The notes beneath the pieces were generated by a model. The model was given only the letters and a program-made list of their open reading frames with translations. It was not told where the DNA came from and made no database searches. A program made the position numbers and the translations under genes. From contig JACQWV010000010.1 of NCBI GenBank assembly GCA_016209085.1, forward strand, positions 1 to 60,845: 60,845 nucleotides of DNA, written 5' to 3'. Numbering within the stretch: position 1 is the stretch's first letter; each line of letters begins with the position of its first letter. Source of the stretch: Elusimicrobiota bacterium (lineage in GTDB: Bacteria; Elusimicrobiota; Elusimicrobia; Elusimicrobiales; UBA9959). Below, in pieces: positions 17,129 to 26,245 of this stretch.

Positions 17129-18091
17129 ATGAAAATAGTTTTTTTGGGGACTCCTGAAATTTCCTGCGCTTTTCTGGAGAGGCTTGTAAAAGACGGGTTA
17201 GAGGTGGTCGGAGTCGTTTCACAGCCTGACAAGCCTCAGGGGAGGGGCTTATGCATCGGCTGTCCGCCGGTTAAAACCCGCGCCGAGCAGTTGAAATTAA
17301 AGGTTTTCCAGCCGAAAACCCGGACAGAGCTTTCCGGGGTACTGCGCTCTATTGAGCCGGATTTGTGCGTTGCCGTGGCATACGGCCGGCTTTTAAAAAA
17401 GGAAGAGCTTGAAATCCCTAAAACCGGTTTTTTGAACGTGCATTTTTCCCTTCTTCCGAAATACAGGGGGGCGGCTCCTGTCCAGTGGGCTTTGATACAT
17501 GGAGAAAAGACCACGGGCGTTACGATTTTCTGGATTGACGAAGGCATGGATACCGGGCCTGTTTTCTCGCAGAAACAGATGGAAATATCCGGGGAAGACG
17601 ACGCTTTTTCCCTTTTCGGCAAGCTTGCGGATGCCGGAGTGGAGATGCTTTCCGGCTGCATAAAAGAGATAGAAAAGGGTTCTTTGCCGAGAATCCCCCA
17701 GACAGGGGAGCCGTCCTGCGCTCCGATGTTGACAGCCGGCGACGCTCTGATTGATTTCAAAGACAAAGCCGTAAACGTTCACAATAAAATCAGGGCGCTT
17801 AAATGCGGGCCCAGAGCCAGATTTATCTGCGTCGCGAACGGCAGAAAAATTTCGGTGCAGGTCATAAAATCCTCAATGCCGGGGACAGTTTGCGGGTTTT
17901 CCGGCTGTTCCGGAAATTTCGCCCCGGGTTCAATATCGGCTGTTGTAGAGGGAAAAGGCATTTTTATAAAATGTGGAGAGGGATATGTTTTACTTGAACG
18001 GCTTCAGCCTGAGGCCGGAAAGGCCATGACATCTGTGGATTTTATAAACGGCTTCAGGCTTAAAAAAGGCGATGTTCTGGGCGTGTTATGA
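17129..18091 (+). CDS. fmt: Methionyl-tRNA formyltransferase
   Basis: HFSLLPKYRGAAPVQWALIHGEKTTGVTIF, in def-fmt synteny. Confidence 0.95.
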   Translation: MKIVFLGTPEISCAFLERLVKDGLEVVGVVSQPDKPQGRGLCIGCPPVKTRAEQLKLKVFQPKTRTELSGVLRSIEPDLCVAVAYGRLLKKEELEIPKTGFLNVHFSLLPKYRGAAPVQWALIHGEKTTGVTIFWIDEGMDTGPVFSQKQMEISGEDDAFSLFGKLADAGVEMLSGCIKEIEKGSLPRIPQTGEPSCAPMLTAGDALIDFKDKAVNVHNKIRALKCGPRARFICVANGRKISVQVIKSSMPGTVCGFSGCSGNFAPGSISAVVEGKGIFIKCGEGYVLLERLQPEAGKAMTSVDFINGFRLKKGDVLGVL

Positions 18092-19110
18092 CATTAAAAG
18101 ATCCTATTAAATTTAAAAATGCGGTTTCCCAATACAAATACGCTTTATTTGATTATTCAAACCTAATTTTCTTCGTAAAAACCGGGATTTCCGCTCTCGT
18201 TTTGTTTTTTCTCACCTATTTTTCATTTTCATGGACCATGGAGTCGGTAATCCATCAGAGGAAAGAAGTCCTTGTGCCGGACGTTCTCGGCAGGTCCGTG
18301 ATGACCGCTCTCCAGCTTTTGTCCGAGAATGATCTCGCGGGGAAAATAGAAGGATTTGAATTCAACGATTCCGTCCCGATAGGCACTGTTTTAAGGCAGA
18401 ATCCCGAAGCGGGCATTACCGTAAGGGAAGGCAAAATCGTCAAAATAGTTTTCAGCCAGGGCGGAGAATCCGTGTTCGTGCCGAACCTGGTCGGGCTTCC
18501 TTTGAGAAACGCGGAACTGATGATCAGGCAGAGACAGCTTCTTTTAGGAGAAGTCAGCGAATCTTATTCTCTTAAAGCCGGGAAGGGCGCTGTTCTCTTT
18601 CAGGACCCCAAACCCGAGACCAGCGTTGCAAAAAATACTCTTGTGCAGGTAGTGGTTTCAGCCGGGAAGCCTCCCGAAGGAATAATTCTCATGCCTGATT
18701 TCAGGCAGAAAAAAGCGGATGAAGTCAGGCGCTGGTCGTCCGAATCCGGATTCAAGGCGGAGGAAAAGGAAGACGAGTCTTCCATGTTTTCATACGGCAC
18801 GGTCATTGAACAGACCCCTCCCCCTGATTCCGTGATTTCAGCCGATACTATGATAACCGTCACGGTGAGCGCCAGGGAGGAATCAGGCTCTTCAACCGAA
18901 GGAGATTATCGCGTGCATTACGAAGTTTCCCAGAGCGGCTCCCAGAAAAACATCAGGATTGTGGCCGTTTTCCAGTCCGGCCAGAAGGAAATTTTTAACG
19001 GAATCAGGGATTCCGGCTCCAAGATAGATTTCACCATACCCTACGGCAGCGCTGAGAAAATCAGGATATTCGTGAACGGCATCCTTGTGGAAGAAAGGCC
19101 GGTGAAATAA
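18088..19110 (+). CDS. PASTA domain-containing membrane protein
   Basis: 340 aa. An N-terminal TM segment is followed by three VP(D/N)(V/L)xG-type PASTA repeats. Confidence 0.7.
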   Translation: MTLKDPIKFKNAVSQYKYALFDYSNLIFFVKTGISALVLFFLTYFSFSWTMESVIHQRKEVLVPDVLGRSVMTALQLLSENDLAGKIEGFEFNDSVPIGTVLRQNPEAGITVREGKIVKIVFSQGGESVFVPNLVGLPLRNAELMIRQRQLLLGEVSESYSLKAGKGAVLFQDPKPETSVAKNTLVQVVVSAGKPPEGIILMPDFRQKKADEVRRWSSESGFKAEEKEDESSMFSYGTVIEQTPPPDSVISADTMITVTVSAREESGSSTEGDYRVHYEVSQSGSQKNIRIVAVFQSGQKEIFNGIRDSGSKIDFTIPYGSAEKIRIFVNGILVEERPVK

Positions 19111-19185
19111 CAGCAGTAAACGGTAACCAGTAACAGCAAAGCATGTAGCGGCAGAGCTTGCTCTGCCATTAAAGAAAGAAAACTA

Positions 19186-19896
19186 ATGATTAAACATAAC
19201 AGGTTTCCGGAGCCGGATGGAAAAATCTCGGTAGTGCCTTCCGTGCTCTCAGCCGATTTTTCATGTCTTAAATCCCAGTTCGCGGGATTTGAAAAACACG
19301 CGGACTGGATTCAGGTTGACGTGATGGACGGGCATTTCGTGCCGAATATCAGTTTCGGGCCGCATATCGTGAAGTGCATAAAAAAAGCCTTTTCCCTTCC
19401 GGTGGACGTCCATCTTATGGTTGAGAGGCCGGACAGATTTATAAAAAGCTTTTTTCAGGCCGGAGCCGATCTCATAACGGTGCATCTGGAATCAAAATGC
19501 GGTATAAAAGAATGTCTTAAAAAAATACGCTCTTTTAACATGAAATCAGGCATTGCCCTGAAGCCGAAAACGGAAATTAACGGGATCCGGGAATTTCTGC
19601 CTTTCATGGATCTCCTTCTGGTAATGACCGTTGAACCGGGCTTCGGCGGCCAGGAATTTGTTTCCGGAACGCTTGCTAAAATAGACCGCGGCCGGAAAAT
19701 CATAGACAAGACCGGATTAAAAATATGGCTGCAGGTCGACGGCGGCATAAACGCCGAGACGGGAACAGCCGTACTGAAAAAAGGAGCGGATTCCCTGGTG
19801 GTCGGGAATGCGCTGTTTTCATCTAAAAATCCCGTTAAATTGATAAAATATCTTAAGAATTACCGCTTCGGAGGTTCAAGAGCGAGCGAGCAATAA
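19186..19896 (+). CDS. rpe: Ribulose-phosphate 3-epimerase
   Basis: PSVLSADF, VDVMDGHFVPNISFG and MTVEPGFGGQEF motifs. Confidence 0.95.
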   Translation: MIKHNRFPEPDGKISVVPSVLSADFSCLKSQFAGFEKHADWIQVDVMDGHFVPNISFGPHIVKCIKKAFSLPVDVHLMVERPDRFIKSFFQAGADLITVHLESKCGIKECLKKIRSFNMKSGIALKPKTEINGIREFLPFMDLLLVMTVEPGFGGQEFVSGTLAKIDRGRKIIDKTGLKIWLQVDGGINAETGTAVLKKGADSLVVGNALFSSKNPVKLIKYLKNYRFGGSRASEQ

Positions 19897-19899
19897 AGA

Positions 19900-19959
19900 A
19901 GTGAATAGTGGCGAGTGGTTAGTAAAAGACTAATCACTATCCACTAAGCACTAACCACT
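19900..19959. terminator. Imperfect stop-rich hairpin downstream of rpe
   Basis: agtgaatagtggcgagtggttagt / aaaaga / ctaatcactatccactaagcactaaccact. Confidence 0.45.
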
Positions 19960-19985
19960 TTGGTTGGAAGGGTGCGACAGAACGC

Positions 19986-20351
19986 ATGTCAAAGAAAATC
20001 CTGATTATAGAAGACGAGGGACTGATTGCAGAAGTTCTTTCCATAAGACTGCAGAATGCGGGATACCAGACAGTCACGGCTTTTGACGGCCAGGAAGGCT
20101 GGAAAAAAGTAAATTCGGAAAAACCCGATTTGATAATTCTTGACATAGGTCTTCCGATAATGGACGGCAACACGCTTTGCGGGTTGATAAAATCCGGTAA
20201 AAAGACGCAGAAAATTCCCGTCATCATGCTTACCGGAAAAAAACTGGTAGGCGACATGGAAGATTCTTTCAGAGCCGGCGCGGAAGTCTACATCAACAAA
20301 CCGTATGACTGGGAGCGGCTTTTTGACCACATCAAGAAACTTCTTCCGTAA
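19986..20351 (+). CDS. Single-domain response regulator (CheY-like receiver)
   Basis: 121 aa. ILIIEDE...DLIILDIGLPIMDG...KP pattern. Confidence 0.9.
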   Translation: MSKKILIIEDEGLIAEVLSIRLQNAGYQTVTAFDGQEGWKKVNSEKPDLIILDIGLPIMDGNTLCGLIKSGKKTQKIPVIMLTGKKLVGDMEDSFRAGAEVYINKPYDWERLFDHIKKLLP

Positions 20352-20465
20352 CTACTCCGTTCTTGCCTAAAAATTTCATATAATATAACAAAAGCAGAGA
20401 ATAGAGACGAGATTGCTAACCTCTCGCCTCTAACCTCTATCCTCTGCTATTATGGAGGTTTTTTT

Positions 20466-20708
20466 ATGGCGGTTGTGGTCAGACTTCAGAGATTCGGGAA
20501 AAGGACTCAGCCTCATTTCAGAGTCGTGGCAATAGACAAAAGAGCGGGCTCCGGCGGAAAACCGCTGGAGGTTTTGGGTCATTATAATCCCAAAGTCGAT
20601 AAAGCCGCTCACAAGGCGAACATTGACATGAGCAGGCTTGAGTCATGGTTGAAGAAAGGCGCGGTCCCGTCGGAAACGGTCTCTTCTCTTTTGAAAAAAT
20701 TAAAATAA
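20466..20708 (+). CDS. rpsP: 30S ribosomal protein S16
   Basis: MAVVVRLQRFGKRTQPHFRVVAIDKR. Confidence 0.95.
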   Translation: MAVVVRLQRFGKRTQPHFRVVAIDKRAGSGGKPLEVLGHYNPKVDKAAHKANIDMSRLESWLKKGAVPSETVSSLLKKLK

Positions 20709-20793
20709 GCGCAGAAGCGCGTAAGAGCGTAAGCATGAAAGCGCTAACTTGGGCGCTTACAAACTTACGAGCTTTCTTGCTGGTATCTGATAT

Positions 20794-21021
20794 ATGAAAG
20801 AACTTTTGACGTACATTGCGAAATCGCTCGTGCATGAGCCGGATAAAGTGTTTCTGGATTGCGTTGAGGAAGGCGGCGCAGTCAGGCTTAAACTGACTCT
20901 TTCCCCTTTAGATAAAGGCAGGATAATAGGCAGGGAAGGCCGCATTGTAAAATCAATAAGATCCCTTCTCCATGCCGCAGCTGCGAAAAAAGGCAAAAAA
21001 GTGTTTCTTGACATCGTATAA
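20794..21021 (+). CDS. KH-domain RNA-binding protein (UPF0109/YlqC family)
   Basis: 75 aa with GRIIGREGRIVKSIRSLL, in its conserved position after rpsP. Confidence 0.9.
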   Translation: MKELLTYIAKSLVHEPDKVFLDCVEEGGAVRLKLTLSPLDKGRIIGREGRIVKSIRSLLHAAAAKKGKKVFLDIV

Positions 21022-21028
21022 ACCGGGT

Positions 21029-21697
21029 ATGAGAATTGACGTAATTACCCTGTTTCCGCGCATGGTGGAAGCTCCTTTGTCCGAGAGCATAGTAGGCAGG
21101 GCAAGGAAAGACGGCTTTCTTAAATTAAATTTCGTCAATCCGAGAGATTTTACCGAAGACCGTCATAAAACCGTTGACGACCGTCCTTACGGCGGCGGAG
21201 CCGGCATGATTATGATGGCCGAGCCGGTTTACCGGGCGCTGGAAAAAGTTAAAACCAAAAACGCCTGCACGGTTCTGCTCTCGCCTGCCGGGATGAAATT
21301 CAGCCACGAGACGGCCGTGCGCTTTTCCGGGAAAAAGCATCTGATTCTGATATGCGGCCGTTATGAAGGGATAGACGAAAGGATTTCAAAATTCGTTGAT
21401 ATTAAGCTTTCAATAGGCGATTATGTGCTTACCGGCGGGGAGCCTGCGGCTGTTGCGGTAATAGACGCAGTCACCCGGCTTCTGCCCGGCGTTTTAAAAA
21501 AGAAAGAAGCGGTTTCCATAGAGAGCTTCGTGCACGGATTTCTTGAGTCTCCCCAGTACACGAGGCCGAGAATATGGAGAAAATTGAAGGTTCCGGAGGT
21601 TCTTTTAAGCGGGAATCACGAGTCAATCGCCGAATGGCGGCGGAAAGAATCTTTGAAAGTAACGCGTAAAAAAAGGCCCGATTTGCTGAAAAAATAA
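21029..21697 (+). CDS. trmD: tRNA (guanine37-N1)-methyltransferase
   Basis: [12 protein letters not shown]..., [11 protein letters not shown] and [12 protein letters not shown]. The start was moved to the Met at 21029 within the longer ORF 20972..21697. Confidence 0.95.
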   Translation: MRIDVITLFPRMVEAPLSESIVGRARKDGFLKLNFVNPRDFTEDRHKTVDDRPYGGGAGMIMMAEPVYRALEKVKTKNACTVLLSPAGMKFSHETAVRFSGKKHLILICGRYEGIDERISKFVDIKLSIGDYVLTGGEPAAVAVIDAVTRLLPGVLKKKEAVSIESFVHGFLESPQYTRPRIWRKLKVPEVLLSGNHESIAEWRRKESLKVTRKKRPDLLKK

Positions 21698-21720
21698 CGA
21701 TTAATCTGAGAGGTAGAATT

Positions 21721-22203
21721 ATGAACATTGAAAAGCATCTGGGATTAAAAATAGAGAAGTTTGATTTTAAATCCGGAGATACCGTAAGAGTTCACACCAA
21801 AGTTTCTGAAGGCGACAGCGAAAGAATCCAGGTTTTTGACGGAGTCGTCATCTCCAGAAGGGGCAGAGGCATAAGCGAGACCTTTACGGTCCGGAAAGTG
21901 TCTTACGGCGTCGGGGTTGAAAGGATATTCCAGCTTCATTCCCCCAAAATAGAGACGGTTGAAGTCGTTAAAAAAGGCAAGGTAAGACGCTCAAAACTTT
22001 ATTATCTGAGAAATCTTTCGGGGAAATCAGCGAGGCTTCAGGAAGAAAAAAAGACGGCTGATGATAAGGTCTCCGGAACAGGAACCTCCGCCGGCCAGGT
22101 TCAGAATGCGCCTGATTCAAGCAATGAAATGGCGGCGGCTTCCGCGCAGATCCCGGCGTCAGCGCAGGCGAATCCGGAGCAGGCCGCAAAACAGAATTTC
22201 TGA
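21721..22203 (+). CDS. rplS: 50S ribosomal protein L19 with a low-complexity C-terminal extension of about 45 aa
   Basis: The core is [33 protein letters not shown]...KLYYLR. The tail is A/Q/S-rich. Confidence 0.9.
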   Translation: MNIEKHLGLKIEKFDFKSGDTVRVHTKVSEGDSERIQVFDGVVISRRGRGISETFTVRKVSYGVGVERIFQLHSPKIETVEVVKKGKVRRSKLYYLRNLSGKSARLQEEKKTADDKVSGTGTSAGQVQNAPDSSNEMAAASAQIPASAQANPEQAAKQNF

Positions 22204-22222
22204 ATCTTTTTAGAGAGTACAC

Positions 22223-23008
22223 ATGCCAGAATTGTCTGAGACGCCGGTTTTCCCTTCTTTACGCTCCAGACGCCGCTTGAGTGTTTCCGAAAAATCCACC
22301 GCGCTCCTCCCGCTTGCGGAGTTTGATTTTTCAATAATCAAAAAACACGGCTGTGAAATTCTGATAGGGGTCGACGAGGCGGGCAGAGGTCCCCTGGCCG
22401 GTCCTGTCGTCGCTGCCGCGGCCTGGATTCCGGCCGGAGCCCGTCCGAATCTTTCATGCGTGCGGGACAGCAAGACTTTATCCGCGTCAAAAAGACTTCT
22501 GGTTTTCAGAAAGCTGATATCAGAGGGAGTCAGATTCGGATTCGGCTTTGCATCAGCTGCCCAGATTGACTCGGAAAACATTCTTAACGCCACTTTTAAA
22601 GCCATGTCCTGTGCCGTTGCCAGGCTTGTAAAACATTTGGAACCGGAACAAATTAATCTGCCGGAACAGCCGCTCTGCGGCTCCAGGTGCAGTGAGCTAT
22701 GCGAACTGCCGGAAATTCTTGTTCTGGTGGACGGCCCGCATAAAATAAGGAATTTCAGTTTCAGGCAGATGCCCGTGGTTTCCGGAGACGCCAAATCCAT
22801 GTCAGTGGCGTGCGCGGGCATATTTGCCAAAGTCATAAGAGACAGGTGGATGGACATACTGGATATCAGGCATCCAGGGTACGGCTTTTCAAAACACAAA
22901 GGATACGGCACCAGAGAGCATTTGAATTTTTTAAAGGAAAAAGGACCAAGCCCCGTTCACAGGAAAACTTTTGCCCCTGTGAAAGAAAGGACGGCATGCG
23001 GCAGATAG
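22223..23008 (+). CDS. rnhB: Ribonuclease HII
   Basis: IGVDEAGRGPLAGPVVAAA and a C-terminal GYGFSKHKGYGT motif. The N-terminal start is uncertain. Confidence 0.9.
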   Translation: MPELSETPVFPSLRSRRRLSVSEKSTALLPLAEFDFSIIKKHGCEILIGVDEAGRGPLAGPVVAAAAWIPAGARPNLSCVRDSKTLSASKRLLVFRKLISEGVRFGFGFASAAQIDSENILNATFKAMSCAVARLVKHLEPEQINLPEQPLCGSRCSELCELPEILVLVDGPHKIRNFSFRQMPVVSGDAKSMSVACAGIFAKVIRDRWMDILDIRHPGYGFSKHKGYGTREHLNFLKEKGPSPVHRKTFAPVKERTACGR

Positions 23009-23352
23009 GAAGAGAATACGAAGAAGTCGCGGCTCAGTTCCTGCGCCGCCAGGGCTTTAAAATCGTGGAACATTCATACAGATGCCGGCTGGGAGAAGTG
23101 GATATAGTGGCTTATGAAGGAGAGGCTCTGGTTTTCGTTGAAGTAAAAGCCAGGTCCAATCCTGATTTCGGCGGCCCGTTTTGCGCCGTAGCCGAAGCCC
23201 AGAAAAAAAGAATAGTTAAGGCCGCCATCGCTTACATTAAAGCAAAAAACGTCAAGCCGGAAAGCATAAGATTTGACGTCGTAGGCATCGTGCCGGGGGA
23301 AGAGCCGGAGCTTGTCAGGAACGCGTTCAGTTCGGACAGATATTTCATGTAG
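22996..23352 (+). CDS. yraN: YraN-family (UPF0102) endonuclease-like protein
   Basis: GREYEEVAAQFLRRQGFKIVEHSYRCRLGEVDIVA...VFVEVKAR. The start is taken at the internal Met of ORF 22810..23352. Confidence 0.85.
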   Translation: MRQIGREYEEVAAQFLRRQGFKIVEHSYRCRLGEVDIVAYEGEALVFVEVKARSNPDFGGPFCAVAEAQKKRIVKAAIAYIKAKNVKPESIRFDVVGIVPGEEPELVRNAFSSDRYFM

Positions 23353-23360
23353 GAGAGCGT

Positions 23361-24182
23361 ATGAGCAAAGATTTTGTGGATTCCGTAAACGCCGCCGCAG
23401 AATGGTTCGCTAAGAAAACCGGAAATCTGAAGCCGGATGTCGCCCTGATAACCGGCAGCGGGCTTGCCAATTCAATGCCCGGTCTTGAGGATGCCGTAAC
23501 GATTGAGTATAAGGAAGTTCCCGGTTTGCCGCGCACTACGGTAAAAGGGCATAAGGGAGAATTCGTATTCGGAAAATTCGGCGGTAAAAAACTGGCGATA
23601 ATGAGAGGCAGATTTCATTATTATGAAGGCCGGCCCATGAATTTCATCGCTTTTCCGATAAGAGTGCTGCAGCGTCTCGGAGCCGGAACCCTTGTGCTTA
23701 CGTCGGCTGTCGGCTCGTTGAAAAACGAGATTGAACCGGGCCATATAGTGATTTTAAAAGACCATATAAATCTGATGGGTTCAAATCCGCTGATAGGCAA
23801 TTACGACGATGCGTTCGGAGAAATGTTCCCCGACATGAACGAGCCTTACGACCATGAATTGAGAAACAATGCCCTGAAAATATGCAGGAAGCTAAATTTG
23901 CCTTCCGTAGAAGGAGTTTATGTCGCTGTTTCAGGGCCTTCTTACGAGACCCCGGCCGAGGTGAAAGCCTATAAGATGCTGGGCGGCGACGTGGTCGGAA
24001 TGTCAATGGTTCCGGAAGTCATAGCCGCAAGGCAGTTAAAAATGAAGATTCTGGGAATCTGCTGGATTTCCAATTTTGCGAGCGGGATTTCCAAGAAGGC
24101 TCTTTCCCACGCCGAGGTTCTTGAATTAGGCGAGAACATGTCCAAAAACATCAAAAAACTGATTGAGGAACTGCTAAAGTGA
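23361..24182 (+). CDS. punA: Purine nucleoside phosphorylase (trimeric PNP family)
   Basis: 273 aa. GRFHYYEG, SGPSYETPAE and VGMS motifs. Confidence 0.9.
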   Translation: MSKDFVDSVNAAAEWFAKKTGNLKPDVALITGSGLANSMPGLEDAVTIEYKEVPGLPRTTVKGHKGEFVFGKFGGKKLAIMRGRFHYYEGRPMNFIAFPIRVLQRLGAGTLVLTSAVGSLKNEIEPGHIVILKDHINLMGSNPLIGNYDDAFGEMFPDMNEPYDHELRNNALKICRKLNLPSVEGVYVAVSGPSYETPAEVKAYKMLGGDVVGMSMVPEVIAARQLKMKILGICWISNFASGISKKALSHAEVLELGENMSKNIKKLIEELLK

Positions 24183-25489
24183 GGATTCTTGAACTGATTT
24201 TAAAAAAACGTTCGGGCTTTGAGCACAATTTCAGAGAACTTGAGTTCATAGCAAAAGGAGCGGCTGAAGGCAACATAGCCGATTACCAGCTCTCCGCGTG
24301 GCTCATGGCCGTTTATTTCAAAGGCATGAAACCCGCCGAGACAGCCGGGTTTACAAGAGCCATGGCTATGTCCGGCGCAAGGCTGAATTTAAAATCCGTT
24401 AACGCTTTCAAAATAGACAAACATTCAACCGGCGGAGTAGGCGACGGCATTTCTCTTGCCCTTGCGCCGGTTGCAGCCGCGTGCGGGGTAGCGGTGCCGA
24501 TGATGTCCGGAAGGGGGCTCGGACATACGGGCGGAACCCTGGATAAACTTGAATCCGTCAGGGGATTTAAAGTCGGGCTTTCCCCTTCGCACATAATCAG
24601 ACAGCTCAAAGAAACCGGAGTGTGCATGTTCGGCCAGACCCGGGAGCTGGCGCCGAGCGACAGGAAACTTTACGCTCTCAGGGACGCCACCGGCACGGTT
24701 GAATCTCTTCCGCTGATTGTTTCAAGCATTTTGTCCAAAAAATACGCCGAGAGTCTGGACGGTCTTGTCATGGACGTAAAATACGGTTCAGGAGCTTTTT
24801 TAAAGGATTTCAGGCAATCCAGAGAGCTTGCGGTCGCCTTGATAAAAACCGCCGGCATGCTCGGAATGAAGTGCGTAGCGGTTTTGACGAACATGGAGGA
24901 GCCCCTTGGCATGGCCATAGGCAACAGCCTTGAAATGGAGCAGAGCGTAAAAATTCTGAACGGCTGGAAAGGACCTGATGATTTTATGAAAATACTTTTG
25001 ACCCTTTCCGGCTGGATGGTTTATTTAGGCAGGAAAGCAAGAACTCCGGACGAGGGATTTGAAAAGGCATGGAGAGCGGTCAAAGACGGCTCTGCCCTTA
25101 AGAAAATGAAACAAATGGTCAGGTGGCAGTCCGGCGACGAAAGAGTCGTTGATTATCCGGAAAGATTTCTGAAAAAATCAAGGCTTGTAACTGAAATCAG
25201 GGCCGGCAGAAACGGGTACGTTAAAAGGATTGACGCAAAAACAGCAGGCATAGCTGCAGTAATGTTAGGGGCGGGAAGGTTCAAGGCTGAAGATGAAATA
25301 GACCATGGAGCCGGAATAGCGCTTGAGAAGAAAACAGGAGACGCGGTAAGTCCCGACACTGTCGTGGCAAGGCTCTATTCATCCGAAGCCGCGAAACTGA
25401 TGGAAGCGAAAAAGAAATTCCTGGGTTCTTTTGAAATAAGCCCCTCCTCTGTCAAAAAAACGGAACTGGTAAAAGAAATTATTAGCTGA
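24179..25489 (+). CDS. deoA: Thymidine / pyrimidine-nucleoside phosphorylase
   Basis: 436 aa. KHSTGGVGD and SGRGLGHTGGTLDKLE motifs. Confidence 0.9.
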   Translation: MRILELILKKRSGFEHNFRELEFIAKGAAEGNIADYQLSAWLMAVYFKGMKPAETAGFTRAMAMSGARLNLKSVNAFKIDKHSTGGVGDGISLALAPVAAACGVAVPMMSGRGLGHTGGTLDKLESVRGFKVGLSPSHIIRQLKETGVCMFGQTRELAPSDRKLYALRDATGTVESLPLIVSSILSKKYAESLDGLVMDVKYGSGAFLKDFRQSRELAVALIKTAGMLGMKCVAVLTNMEEPLGMAIGNSLEMEQSVKILNGWKGPDDFMKILLTLSGWMVYLGRKARTPDEGFEKAWRAVKDGSALKKMKQMVRWQSGDERVVDYPERFLKKSRLVTEIRAGRNGYVKRIDAKTAGIAAVMLGAGRFKAEDEIDHGAGIALEKKTGDAVSPDTVVARLYSSEAAKLMEAKKKFLGSFEISPSSVKKTELVKEIIS

Positions 25490-25503
25490 AAACGGAGAGA
25501 GAA

Positions 25504-26130
25504 ATGAACAATGTTTTCGTTTCCAGACATCCTTTCATTCTGGATAAAATCGCAAAGCTCAGAGATAAAAACACTTCCATATTAGATTTCAGGAGACTGA
25601 CCGCGGAAATCTCAATGTTTCTCGGATATGAAGCCCTTAAAGACGCAAAGACGCGCAAAGCAAAAGTTCCGACTCCGCTGGGGTTTTCAAATTCTTCCAA
25701 GATAAACCAGGAAGTGATTTTTGTCGCAATATTAAGAGCGGGGCTCGGAATGCTTGAAGGCCTTTCAAAACTTTATCCCGAGGCGAAACTGGCGCACATA
25801 GGTATTTACAGAAACGAAGAGACGCTGGAGCCGGTCAGGTATTATTCAAAACTTCCCAGAGACATAAAGGAAAGCCTCGTAATTCTCGCGGACCCGATGC
25901 TTGCCACCGGAGGCTCGGTGATTGAATCGGTCAACATATTAAAAGCGCATGGAGCCGGAGAAATCCGTTTTATAGCGTTGATAGCGGCAAGGAACGGTAT
26001 TGAACGACTCAGAAAAGCCCATCCCGGCGTGCCGATTTATGTGGGAGCGGTGGACGACAGGCTTAACGAGAAAGGCTACATAGTTCCGGGACTCGGAGAC
26101 GCGGGCGACAGGATGTTCGGAACGAATTAA
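25504..26130 (+). CDS. upp: Uracil phosphoribosyltransferase
   Basis: 208 aa. ILRAGLGM, DPMLATGGS and GYIVPGLGDAGDRMFGT motifs. Confidence 0.95.
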   Translation: MNNVFVSRHPFILDKIAKLRDKNTSILDFRRLTAEISMFLGYEALKDAKTRKAKVPTPLGFSNSSKINQEVIFVAILRAGLGMLEGLSKLYPEAKLAHIGIYRNEETLEPVRYYSKLPRDIKESLVILADPMLATGGSVIESVNILKAHGAGEIRFIALIAARNGIERLRKAHPGVPIYVGAVDDRLNEKGYIVPGLGDAGDRMFGTN

Positions 26131-26245
26131 CCCAAATTCTTCAGTTGGAATTTGGGAATATTTATAACTCCGAAAAACTCAGGCGAATTTTTTTATGCGC
26201 CTATTTATCAATAAAAATCATAGACAACTGAGTTTTTCGGGTTAA
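26127..26245. mobile_element. MITE-like element, family 2 (TTAACCC termini), short copy
   Basis: 119 nt. Its reverse complement aligns end to end with 35114-35290, except for an AT-rich block of about 60 nt found only in that copy. It has an internal inverted repeat ccgaaaaactcagg / caactgagtttttcgg. Its TTAA ends supply the stop codons of both convergent genes, upp and the Crp/Fnr gene. Confidence 0.8.

Noticed and set aside
20362-20395. A sigma70-like promoter (TTGCCT ... TATAAT) upstream of rpsP
   Set aside because: The spacing between the best -35 and -10 hexamers is about 10 nt rather than 16-18, and AT-rich sequence gives many alternative -10 matches. It is not reliable enough to annotate.
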